Positions 9,510 to 19,120 of a DNA stretch of 64,000 nucleotides are shown in pieces. The notes below the pieces were generated by a model that worked only from the letters and a program-made list of their open reading frames with translations, ran no database searches and was not told the origin of the DNA. Location: assembly GCA_000002445.1 (NCBI GenBank), contig CP000070.1:160001-224000 (forward strand), in the 5' to 3' direction. Source of the DNA: Trypanosoma brucei (lineage: Eukaryota). The first letter of the stretch is position 1. Each line of letters opens with the position of its first letter. The position numbers and the translations under genes are program-made.

Positions 9510-12170
9510 CTACTCCGAATAGAAAGAACTTGGTTGCGACTGCCCTCCACTGGCTGGACACGGAACCATTGTGAGAGAGATGCCCAACAGGTTGCACATC
9601 ACGTACGCGAGGTCTTGGTGCAAACGTGGTAGCCGAAGTTGGTAAAACCTCGGCAATGCGGTTTGAACATCATCCGAGTGAGTGCAATACGTCCCAGATG
9701 ACTCCTTGTCCGCTTTAGCCAGCGTCGACTCGGCGATCGTCATCGGACGATACCAAGGGAAACGGCCCAACGGCCCATTAATCTTCAGCAGCATCTCCTG
9801 GAGAGATACTTGAGCTAGATGGGCAGCCTGGGCTGCTCGGGCCTCCTCTCGCTTTCTTAACAGCTCGATTTCAAAGGCGCCCATTCTGTTATTTATCCAC
9901 CGTTCAGTATCGCTACCTACCTCATTTTTAAACACATTAACTTGTGGTTTTCTGTAATTTTTACAACTATCCAAAATGAACACTCGATATCGTAGTCCCT
10001 CGATCTCCATTGGTTCAGGAAGGACACCGCTTAACTTCGACGCCTCGACGCTCATTAAAAAGGCTACTGCAATATCACCGTAGTCAACCGCTTTCTCTTT
10101 CAGGGAATTAAGAGCGGAGCCGTTCAACGTGGGGGACGAGGCCGCAGCAGTGTACGAAGGTTCCGGCCCGCGTGTCGGCTGCTTATCAGACCTGGGGTGA
10201 AATCCTACGAATGACTTGTCAGCCGCCGCACTTGTAATGGTTTGCATGCTGACTCTCTCTGGTGCATCGCCTACACTCTCATTCAGTAAGGGCAGCACGT
10301 GTACCACCTCTCGCTTGCCAAACCGCTCCACACATGACTTTTCGGCGAGAACGGAGCGGACGATAACGCTCCGCTCCTCACGGAAGTTAACCTCTTGCAT
10401 ACCCTTCCCTCTCTTACCCCCTGGGGAAAAGCGTGTGGTGGCAAATACAAGTTCCAAGCAATTCTCCTTTTCAACAACGGTACTACTATCTGAAAGCGGG
10501 GTGATTCGCTGGAGCGTCGGGAACCCGCCGAGTGTACGAATGTACAGCAGTGCAACATAAAGAATACGTGCGGCGTAAGAAAGTTCTACGCAGCTTCCCT
10601 GGTCAAGTATCGTCTGTTTATCCAATGTAGCTGCCGAATCACCACCGGATGCCAGCCACCACTTCTTCAAACTACCTTCAGGTCCTCGCTGGGAACCCAC
10701 CGCAAATAACATGCTATTCAAGTTCCTACTAACCAATAAACCTTGTGGATCCCTCAGAATGGCAGAGCAAGCAACGAGAGAGTTAGGTTGTTCTCCCACC
10801 GCGCCCGTAGCCCCCGCTTTGTCGCTCAAATTCTTTAAAAACCCGATGTGCCCACGGCTGGAAGAGCAGCTCCACAACCTGTAAAAAACGTTTTGGTAGT
10901 CATCGAATGTCTCCGTGTACGTCATCCGGTTGTTGGCAAGTGTGACGGCGAGCTCCCCCCGCTCCCCTGGCTTCTCCTCGGTATCACCAAACTCCTGCAA
11001 TGGCTGCTTCCACGAACTTAAGTTTGCCTTTTCGGCCGGAGTGCCATCCTCCACATGCCACACGTCGTTGTGTCTACTCTTTTCCTTCAACCGGGTTATT
11101 TTAGAGGGGTGAATTGAGCCTCCAGGGAAAACAACATTTGCGGGCGGCTCTCCTGAGGTACCCCAGAAGTGATGAAACAACGCATCACCTGCTTCGTTGC
11201 TCAAACCGGTAGTTACGTCGTTCACGGGTTTACTGCTGTTGTTGGGGAAGCCATCCCACCTCGGGAAGGTGAGGTCGGGGGAAGAGTAGAAACCATGATG
11301 CTGCGACGGTGCCTGTGAACTTGTTTCATCAAGTGTGGGTGCGTCTTTGAGGTACAACTCTCGTGCGACACGTCGTGGGAGAGGAGACATGGTTGAGGTA
11401 TGTGCTTGTTTTTTTGCCTCGGGGCTACCTTCTAGTGGTGGAGCACCCCAACATTCATTCTCATTTACTGTTATACTCTCAATGAAACTCTTCCTGTTCG
11501 CCGGAGTGGCCGTGGTATAATCCCTCAGTGTCGATACAGCTGTTGCTCGTGCCTGGTGCTTGCGCGCCCTGCGGCTTGCAGCACGCGACACTACTACTTC
11601 GTTTTGCTTCTCTTTTGCAGATTCCTGCTTCCTAGTCGCCTTTGAACCTTGGCGGCCTTGATGGAGGCGCTTTCGCTCCTGGGCAGCTTTTGGTCGTGCG
11701 GCGCTGCGGCCACGGTCGGTTTTCTTCCCCATTTTGTTACTCGCAGAACGCGGACGCGCTTCACTCGCACGAGTGGGGATGCGTAAATTTCGATCCCCTC
11801 GAAGAGGAGCTGCCAAGGCAGCAGTGGGCGACCTCTTTTCCTCCGACGCCACGGCTGTCGGTGACGAGGCACACTCATCGGTGTTAGCATACTTTCTTAG
11901 CGTATCAGCCACACTTAAAAGTTCCTCCGACGCATAACTTGCGCTGCCCCTCGTATCGGCAGCGTCGTTGCGGGAGGGGTCGGCGTCGGGTTCCAAAAAT
12001 AGCTTAATGGACGTAGCGAGACGCACATTTAGACCTTCGCCAGCCCCCTCAAACATGATGAAGCAAGCTTGACCAGGGGTCAATGAAAGAACACCTAATT
12101 CACTTGCAAGTGGTCGCGCTTTCCTATTTCGGTCGCTGTACTCTACGCAGCGAATTAGTTCCTTCTTCAA
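9510..12170 (-). CDS. Hypothetical protein (886 aa), no recognisable domain.
   Basis: Long uninterrupted ORF on the same strand as neighbouring genes. Ser/Ala/Arg-rich C-terminal half. Confidence 0.6.
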   Translation of the reverse strand: MKKELIRCVEYSDRNRKARPLASELGVLSLTPGQACFIMFEGAGEGLNVRLATSIKLFLEPDADPSRNDAADTRGSASYASEELLSVADTLRKYANTDECASSPTAVASEEKRSPTAALAAPLRGDRNLRIPTRASEARPRSASNKMGKKTDRGRSAARPKAAQERKRLHQGRQGSKATRKQESAKEKQNEVVVSRAASRRARKHQARATAVSTLRDYTTATPANRKSFIESITVNENECWGAPPLEGSPEAKKQAHTSTMSPLPRRVARELYLKDAPTLDETSSQAPSQHHGFYSSPDLTFPRWDGFPNNSSKPVNDVTTGLSNEAGDALFHHFWGTSGEPPANVVFPGGSIHPSKITRLKEKSRHNDVWHVEDGTPAEKANLSSWKQPLQEFGDTEEKPGERGELAVTLANNRMTYTETFDDYQNVFYRLWSCSSSRGHIGFLKNLSDKAGATGAVGEQPNSLVACSAILRDPQGLLVSRNLNSMLFAVGSQRGPEGSLKKWWLASGGDSAATLDKQTILDQGSCVELSYAARILYVALLYIRTLGGFPTLQRITPLSDSSTVVEKENCLELVFATTRFSPGGKRGKGMQEVNFREERSVIVRSVLAEKSCVERFGKREVVHVLPLLNESVGDAPERVSMQTITSAAADKSFVGFHPRSDKQPTRGPEPSYTAAASSPTLNGSALNSLKEKAVDYGDIAVAFLMSVEASKLSGVLPEPMEIEGLRYRVFILDSCKNYRKPQVNVFKNEVGSDTERWINNRMGAFEIELLRKREEARAAQAAHLAQVSLQEMLLKINGPLGRFPWYRPMTIAESTLAKADKESSGTYCTHSDDVQTALPRFYQLRLPRLHQDLAYVMCNLLGISLTMVPCPASGGQSQPSSFYSE

Positions 12171-12771
12171 ACTAAGGGATAGGAGTAAAAAAAAAAATCA
12201 TATATGTGGGTAAAGGAACGAGACACGACAACAGAGCGAATGAACACCATTTTTCTACCACTACACACATTTTTCACATTTTTCTTTGTTTTATAAATCA
12301 TGCAATATGCATTGCATACAAAACAAGATCGGGCGATCGTGAGGGCAATGGGACAAGTCCACACAGGCAACTAAGAGAAAATCACAAACGGGAATGAAGG
12401 GACGAAAAGAAGAAAAGTGAAATCCTTGCAGACAAATATTATCCTCGTCCGCTTCTGCCCTTACTCTCCTTTTACCCATTACAAACTTAATCCGCATTGC
12501 ATTCCCGGCTCCCCTCTTATCTACATAATGAACCCCGCCACGATCCCCAAACATAGGAGAAAGGGGTTGGGGAAAAGTACAAGTAGCTTTTTCTAAGTAC
12601 ATTCATCTCATTCAATTTATCGCCATTCACATGTCTTTTTCACCGCTTGACCTGTCGGACACCTCGCAGCGAACCTCTAGAAGTTTAAAAATGAAAAATG
12701 AAAGGGAAAATGGCGGTGAGCTAACCAAATCGATACTCGAACACAAACATGGCCTTTGAACAGAAGCGGCT

Positions 12772-14481
12772 TTAGTTGTCTTCACTCTCAAGGGGAGTGC
12801 TTCCACGCACGTGGACATGAAACCCCTTCAGAAGAAACCTCCTCTCCTCTGAAGGTCCTGAAAGTGGAGGTTGAGTGTCGTCCTTTTCCATGTAAATGAC
12901 GTTATCGCACATTGTGCCACAACTGACGTCGCCCTCTAAACGAACAGTGCCCTCCAAAGCATTCTTCTGAAGGGAAGGATGTTGCGCAGGAATGGGCGGC
13001 GGCCTTGGCACGTCAGCGTCCTCCTCTTCCTCACCTTCTTCTTCCACTTCTTCGTTCTCATTTTCTTCAGCTTCCCGCTGTGCACGCTCGCAGGCCACTC
13101 TCTCAACAGCTTCTGCATCAGGTGGTATAGGTGGCACACGACCTTTTACAAGGATGCACTCCCTCCCACACCATCTAATCGCACAGCACTTAACTTTAGC
13201 AGCGCCACACTCTCCAGTGAAGAGTATGCCCACAGTACTATGGCTTTCCAGCCGCAGGAACTTCAATTCGGTGCCCGCGCAACCGTCGACAAGCATAACC
13301 CCAATATCTGTGTGGGCAATAAAGCAGTCACGCACGGAAACATCCGCATCGTCCAGATACAGTGCTACGTTGCACATAGCCTTTGTAGGTATCTTGGGTT
13401 GGGATACGACCTTCTTCCACCGATTCTTCAGGCGAAATAAGGGGCTTTGTTGTGCATGACGCGCAGCACGAAACTGGTCGGCGGTATACGTGGTTGGCGT
13501 TCCCTCAACAGGACCCAAAATCATGGAGGTGTGGATCTGCAGTGAGCACCGTGGATACGCGTAAAGCGCCTGCTTCGCACTGCCGTAAATAATGCAGAAC
13601 TCTATCAGCGCCTCGCTAAGAGGGTGGGCCACTACTGTTGGCAGCACTGGAGGTTCCGTAGATGGTTGACACGTAGTCGTTTCCACGGCCTCGGTCGTCG
13701 CTAAGGGATCTTTCCTCTGTAATGCATAATCGCCGAAGACACAGTGGCGGAATGTGGATCTGGTGAGTGGATTAAGCTCGATACCCCCAAAGAAGCATAA
13801 ACCTTGCATTTCCAGATGATTATCCTTTGCTTTGTGAACCATCTCAGCCTCCTCTGTGGACCCCTCTGGAGCATCGTCGGCATTTTCCTCCTCTTCATCC
13901 CCATCAGCCACTCTATCCTGCTCATCATCATAGTGTTTAATGCCCTGCAATCCCTCAGGAATTTCCGCGTCTTCATCGACAGAAACAAACGGCCGACTGT
14001 GACGCACTATCAGTCGCCCTTCAATCACTGGAAACAGTTGGGGATCTGGTGCTGTAGGGGTTACAGTTGCGGTAGCAGGTGCTTCACCACCGTAGGGCGC
14101 GTACCATGGGCCCAATCGGCGCTCGTCCCTTGGAATATGGATCTTCTTGCGATAACCAGCCTTCCGCCCCAGTGCCACCGGGACGCTCATAATCCGTAAG
14201 CCATCCAGTCGAGACTCCTCAATGACCACCTCTTTCTCAAGATAGGCGCCAGGGTACACGATCACAAGGTCCTCACGGTATGTCACCGCGTCCAACGCTT
14301 CCTGCAGCTTCTGCATGCTACTAAAACCACCCACGTAAAATGTACTTGGTCCATCTTCCAGCTGGGAGAGATCGTTTGATTCCTCCCACTCCTCTTCTTC
14401 TTCCTCTTCTTCTTCCTCTTCCTCCTCTTCTTCTTCCTCTTCTTCTTCACGTGCTTCAAGCTCGCTTTTCTTCGGAGGCAT
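12772..14481 (-). CDS. Hypothetical protein (569 aa) with an N-terminal poly-Glu tract, a second acidic patch, and a possible beta-helix-like C-terminal half.
   Basis: ORF MPPKKSELEAREEEEEEEEEEEEEEEEEEEEWEE..., encoded by (GAA/GAG)n at 14388-14452. Later a GxxG/Cys-rich region CFIAHTDIGVMLVDGCAGTELKFLRLESHSTVGILFTGECGAAKVKCCAIRWCGRECILVKG. Confidence 0.6.
   Translation of the reverse strand: MPPKKSELEAREEEEEEEEEEEEEEEEEEEEWEESNDLSQLEDGPSTFYVGGFSSMQKLQEALDAVTYREDLVIVYPGAYLEKEVVIEESRLDGLRIMSVPVALGRKAGYRKKIHIPRDERRLGPWYAPYGGEAPATATVTPTAPDPQLFPVIEGRLIVRHSRPFVSVDEDAEIPEGLQGIKHYDDEQDRVADGDEEEENADDAPEGSTEEAEMVHKAKDNHLEMQGLCFFGGIELNPLTRSTFRHCVFGDYALQRKDPLATTEAVETTTCQPSTEPPVLPTVVAHPLSEALIEFCIIYGSAKQALYAYPRCSLQIHTSMILGPVEGTPTTYTADQFRAARHAQQSPLFRLKNRWKKVVSQPKIPTKAMCNVALYLDDADVSVRDCFIAHTDIGVMLVDGCAGTELKFLRLESHSTVGILFTGECGAAKVKCCAIRWCGRECILVKGRVPPIPPDAEAVERVACERAQREAEENENEEVEEEGEEEEDADVPRPPPIPAQHPSLQKNALEGTVRLEGDVSCGTMCDNVIYMEKDDTQPPLSGPSEERRFLLKGFHVHVRGSTPLESEDN
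14388..14452 (-). repeat. Coding trinucleotide repeat (GAR)n giving a ~22-residue poly-Glu run.
   Basis: The + strand shows (ttc/ctc)n over ~65 nt, in frame within CDS 12772..14481. Confidence 0.85.
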
Positions 14482-15573
14482 AGATATTGCTTAGACCTCT
14501 GTTTGTCTTATGAAATCCTTTGTGTCAGAAAATAGCAGACAGAGAAGAGGAGTAATGGAATGCCGCCATGGAGAACGCAGGACATAGCGGGAAAACAGGG
14601 TAACGTTAGTGACTGTAAAAGTGGGCAACTTTCGGTAATGTCAGGAGTTCGGTTTCTCCTCTTTTCTTCCCCAGATTCATCATCTACTTTTCAGATTGTA
14701 ACAACGAATAGTTCGTGAGGAAATGGGCAAGAAACAACCCATAGGTCACGCACAAAGGAATAAAGTGAGCAGCGCTGTCACGTAAAAACATGTGAAACGA
14801 GATGGTGATGTAACTCCAGGGGTGTGAGAGAAAATGAAAGACAAGCGTGACCACAACAGCAGGATCAACATGGAATAGACAGAACTTTGGGGAAGTACAT
14901 TCTTCTAAATATTTTTCTCACCCAACTGGAGTTGCATAACGGCTGAAGTCCGTGTTTCCACAGGTTGATAACACCTTCTATTTCCATCATCCCGACACAT
15001 ATATACATTCCCAACACCAGTGCTTACATGCAGCCACTGGCTATTAACAGACCACTCACGGGCTCATTTCATCCTGTTTTGCTCGTAAACAAACAAAAGG
15101 TGAAAAAAACAATGCCCCGGAATGCAAGTTAGAAAAAGGGAAGGTGCCCCGGTACAAACTCACTTGAGATGATATGAGTTACTTTCCTAACTCTCCACAC
15201 CTCTACGACAATTTAGTGTGTTGAGGTACGCAGTCGTCCATTGAGACACGGGCCTACGCACTTTTGGATTGGTGAAATAAGACACACCACGTCAAAAAAA
15301 AAAAATGTCGTGGAGTAACCGCGAGTCTGCAGAGCCGTCACGAGCTCAGTTGCAGCGCAAACCCCCGTAACGAGCGCCGTATGCCTGCGTCAATTTAGTA
15401 CGGGGTTGCCATCGTTCCGGGGACACAGGCACTAAGCACTAAATAACAAAGTTTTAACTATAAGACAACCCCTTTCTTCTCGTGCGAAATTTGTTCTATC
15501 AAGTGACACCGTCCACACGGTGAACTGCACCAAATAGTGCAACGCACAAGAGCGACAAATCACCTGGCGAGCC

Positions 15574-16626
15574 CTATAATCTCGGTTTCTTCTTTGGATG
15601 CAATGCTTCCTCGTGAACTTTTGTAAAATCGTCAGGTTTCCCCGGCTTACCCGTTTCAAAGGGGGCACGGCAGTCAGTATCACCAGCGCCACATCGCTTG
15701 CGGCAGTGGTCCAACTTTTGGGCATAATGCGCAATTCTTCCGTGCTGTCGCGCCTTTTCACGCGTGGCATCCGCAAGTTCTCTAGTCAGTGACTCCACAG
15801 AGTTGTATGTCTCGAGTGCAACAGTTCGAAGTTTCTGCAGCCGCTCAACCCCCACCGTCCCATTCTGCGTTAGTGCATTGTACCGATTCTGGGCTCTTCC
15901 CAGGGAATCTTGTAATTTAATGCACTGATCCTCCAACTGCTGCTGACTGTTTGCAAGGTTGAGTTCGCGACTATTGAGATTTCTACACCGCTTCATCAAA
16001 TCCTTTACTTCGCGCTTTAATCTATCCACATAAGCTTCAGTCGGTGGGCACTGCCTTTGGCCAGTAATGCACACCTCATCGTCTACATCATGCGCAACAT
16101 CAGTCTCACTACTACCAGCATTATTCATGTCGACAACGACTTCTCCTTGCTGTTGCCCAGCTCTTCGCCTACACTGTGGGTGGAAGCACAGAATATCAGA
16201 TTTCCTCTTCAAGGGATGACGGCAGATGGGGCACTGTGCACCAGTCTTGTACTCGTACAGCTGCATTGCGCACGTAAAGTGAAGTAAGTGCCCACATGGA
16301 AGCACTGCGATTCCCTCCAGGGCTCCTGACGTCTCGGATGAACTCGCTGCCAACCTTGCTCTACCAGCACCCAAACGGTACAAACTTACCGCCGCCACAA
16401 AGGCGTCTGGCATGTTGCCGACCCACCCAAACGCGCCGTTTGGCCAAACTCGCATGGGAAAGTTGACTTCATCACCTACTTGGTTCAGATCACCACTTGC
16501 ACCCACGTCCGTTGACGATGGCGTTGCTGCGGGTGCGTTACTCAACAGCGACTCAATGCAAATGGGGCACTCTGCACCACGCAAAAACTCAAACTGAGGC
16601 ATTAGCATATTTGGCAGTGCTGGCAC
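15574..16626 (-). CDS. RING-H2 zinc-finger protein with a coiled-coil C-terminal half (candidate E3 ubiquitin ligase).
   Basis: 350-aa ORF. CPICIESL...LPCGHLLHFTCAMQLYEYKTGAQCPICRHPL fits C-x2-C...C-x-H-x2-H-x2-C...C-x2-C. The C-terminal 150 aa have heptad-like Leu/Glu/Arg periodicity. Confidence 0.7.
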   Translation of the reverse strand: MPALPNMLMPQFEFLRGAECPICIESLLSNAPAATPSSTDVGASGDLNQVGDEVNFPMRVWPNGAFGWVGNMPDAFVAAVSLYRLGAGRARLAASSSETSGALEGIAVLPCGHLLHFTCAMQLYEYKTGAQCPICRHPLKRKSDILCFHPQCRRRAGQQQGEVVVDMNNAGSSETDVAHDVDDEVCITGQRQCPPTEAYVDRLKREVKDLMKRCRNLNSRELNLANSQQQLEDQCIKLQDSLGRAQNRYNALTQNGTVGVERLQKLRTVALETYNSVESLTRELADATREKARQHGRIAHYAQKLDHCRKRCGAGDTDCRAPFETGKPGKPDDFTKVHEEALHPKKKPRL

Positions 16627-17065
16627 GTACGCAACTCCTCTTCCCCCACCTTCACCCGAGCCAGATGGAAAAGAATACGTAATGCGTTACTTATGTGTAT
16701 AAATCCTGCCACAAAGTATCGATAATATTCCCTTCCGCCTCCACACTTGGCACTAGCCTTCCTGGTGTTAAGAGAATCAGGGAAAGAAATAAATCGCAAG
16801 GTGCACCATGTTGATGCAGGGGAAAGTGAAGAAATGGAGAAGCAGCATCCGACGTGAAATTTTTAAAAGTGCAAAGTTGTGTCGAAACTCATTATGATGT
16901 TTCCGCGTAGACCCTGTTTTTAATCAATTGGCAGTTCGTGAAAAGAGTTTTGTCAATAAAAATTATAAGCGGTAGAGAAAGAATAAGGTAACCTTCTGCC
17001 CAACAAAACGTAAGGGGAAATGCGACGCAGCAGAAGCTCGCCAAAACGTTACGACGACATTACAT

Positions 17066-19054
17066 TTACTCTACAACCCAAGGTGGCGGAGGTGCAAGAA
17101 AAATAACAACTGGTCCCTGCCGCTGCACAAAACCCACATCCATACGCACTGCGTCTTCATAGCAGCACTCCAAACTGGGCGGTGGGCCCTCACCGTACCC
17201 CAAAATTTGACCTTCGGTGATGCTTTCGGAGTCGACCACATCCGAGCAGGCAAGTAAAGATTTATGCTCCATTTCGTACCGCCAGGCGTGCAAGGCAACG
17301 CGGGACCCATTGGAACCATCAAAAGAAGCCACAGGAAGTTTCCCACCACACTCCCAGCACAACTCGTCGGAAGCATAAAATCTGTCACGAAAAGATTTTG
17401 GCAACTCGTCTACGCAAAAGTAAAAAGTTTGCCTATCATGCCCTCGCTCATTTGTATTGTATGTCACATCCCCAACAATGGGATGTCCCCAATCACTAAG
17501 GTGGATACGAATCTGATGCATGCGACCAGAGAATGGCACGCAGTGGACAAGACTTTCGGTGTTCGTTCCTGCATCTTTATGGTGGGAGTGATCACTCTGA
17601 TAGTGCCGTAGCGGCTGACACAGCGTCATAGCATCCTGACAAAACATTTCCTTGATAGGGGTCCCATACGATTCATTCAAATCTTCATATATCGTTTCAT
17701 TTTCACTGAACCTGTACTGCCGCAACGGAGAGGTGAAAAGAACCGGTACACCAACTGAATTCACAAAAGTCTTTACGTTCATCCCATCAGTTGCATCTCT
17801 GCGCCCTTCATGAGAGTTTTTGGTAACAATTAACAAGCCACCGTTAATGGGGCATGTGGTATCTTTCTCATTGCTGTCAGCTAGCACGCCTTCCTTATTT
17901 TTATCCCCAGGACAATTTTCAAATCGTATCTTCATAGAATTTTCCGGGAAACAGCCACGAACCCGCGCCAAGTACCGTTTCCTGACTGTGGCGCCGGACA
18001 TGTGCAACTTATCAAAAGTAATCGTCCCCTCGTCGCTCTCAAAGCGGGATCGCCGTGGCAGAATCTCCTCCATCTGCCGCGTCTTACTCATAAGCGCTTC
18101 TCCAACGCGCCGCGCTGCTACCTTCGAGATTCCCAAGAGAAGCACACCAGATGTTACTTTATCCAACCTATGGCAGGGCCGCGGGAGCCGCTCAATAGGC
18201 ACCGTGTCTTCTTCCATTGAATCCGTGAGATAATACGCCAGCAGCTCATCCCGCTCCCTCCCAGTAAGGTGAATAGTAGAAACCAACGATTGCAGGAGTG
18301 GATCCTTCTCTACAAGCCATGCATGCAGACGTCTTGGCGCAAGGACGTATTCCAGCATAGCTGTGCAGGAATTCATGAAATACCTGCCACTTGCATGAGT
18401 CGGCAAACCGGCAGGTTTGTGCACAACCAGAATTCCATATTCACAAATACGCACCGCCGCTAGAACTATGGGCTCGACGCCCGTGGCGCCCATACGCACG
18501 GGGATTTCATGTCGGTGGACCGAATGAAGAACAACGTCCCCATGCTGAAGTGGTCCGTTCGCATTAGATGAATCCCCAGCACTGGCATCTGCTCCACTCG
18601 GCTCGCCCGCAGTGTGAGATCGTTTCATGTGATTCCGTCGGACATTGCACCTCGATCGCGAGATTTTCTGCAAGCGTCCCTTTTCCACGCAAGCCTCGTA
18701 GTAACTGCGGGAGTGATGAACATGCTCCTCGGAGTAAACATCCACCAGCTCACGGCCCACCCAACGACCCTTTACGAAAACGCGAAACGTAAAAAAATAC
18801 GGGACGACAAAGCGCCGCGTAGGTTGTTCGCGCTCCTTAGGAGGTGAAGTCGCGGTGTACCATGGAAAACCGGGGAACAGCGGCGTGCTGTATAATTTTC
18901 GCTTCGATTCATCATTCCAGGAGGCCTCTTCCAAAAGTTGGAGCCGTGTTGCCTCCATAGATCCTTTGGTACTGTAACACATGAAAAATGCAGAGAATAT
19001 AAAGAGATTGTTTTCCTCGTTTGGAGTTGGATTCCCTCCTCTCCATACGACCAC
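17066..19054 (-). CDS. RluA-family RNA pseudouridine synthase, unusually long with N- and C-terminal extensions.
   Basis: 662-aa ORF. Contains VVHKPAGLPTHASGRY and the catalytic-type motif HRLDKVTSGVLLLGISKVAARR (HRLDxxTSG with Asp). C-terminal Cys-containing tail CWECGGKLPV. Confidence 0.75.
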   Translation of the reverse strand: MVVWRGGNPTPNEENNLFIFSAFFMCYSTKGSMEATRLQLLEEASWNDESKRKLYSTPLFPGFPWYTATSPPKEREQPTRRFVVPYFFTFRVFVKGRWVGRELVDVYSEEHVHHSRSYYEACVEKGRLQKISRSRCNVRRNHMKRSHTAGEPSGADASAGDSSNANGPLQHGDVVLHSVHRHEIPVRMGATGVEPIVLAAVRICEYGILVVHKPAGLPTHASGRYFMNSCTAMLEYVLAPRRLHAWLVEKDPLLQSLVSTIHLTGRERDELLAYYLTDSMEEDTVPIERLPRPCHRLDKVTSGVLLLGISKVAARRVGEALMSKTRQMEEILPRRSRFESDEGTITFDKLHMSGATVRKRYLARVRGCFPENSMKIRFENCPGDKNKEGVLADSNEKDTTCPINGGLLIVTKNSHEGRRDATDGMNVKTFVNSVGVPVLFTSPLRQYRFSENETIYEDLNESYGTPIKEMFCQDAMTLCQPLRHYQSDHSHHKDAGTNTESLVHCVPFSGRMHQIRIHLSDWGHPIVGDVTYNTNERGHDRQTFYFCVDELPKSFRDRFYASDELCWECGGKLPVASFDGSNGSRVALHAWRYEMEHKSLLACSDVVDSESITEGQILGYGEGPPPSLECCYEDAVRMDVGFVQRQGPVVIFLAPPPPWVVE

Positions 19055-19120
19055 GCGAGATTATTTCAAATAAAAGGTCAGAGGAAAGATAGGACATCCA
19101 ATATAAAACGACAAGGGTGA

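Noticed and set aside
14671-14700. ATGATGA / CTGA box-like motifs (minus sense) suggesting a C/D snoRNA
   Set aside because: The motif order and spacing (CTGA 6 nt before ATGATGA) do not fit a single C/D snoRNA. No guide or terminal stem could be verified by eye.
15432-15776. 114-aa minus-strand ORF overlapping the 3' end of the RING-finger gene
   Set aside because: It is in a different frame and overlaps the 3' end of a well-supported CDS. The Arg/Thr-rich sequence is not protein-like.
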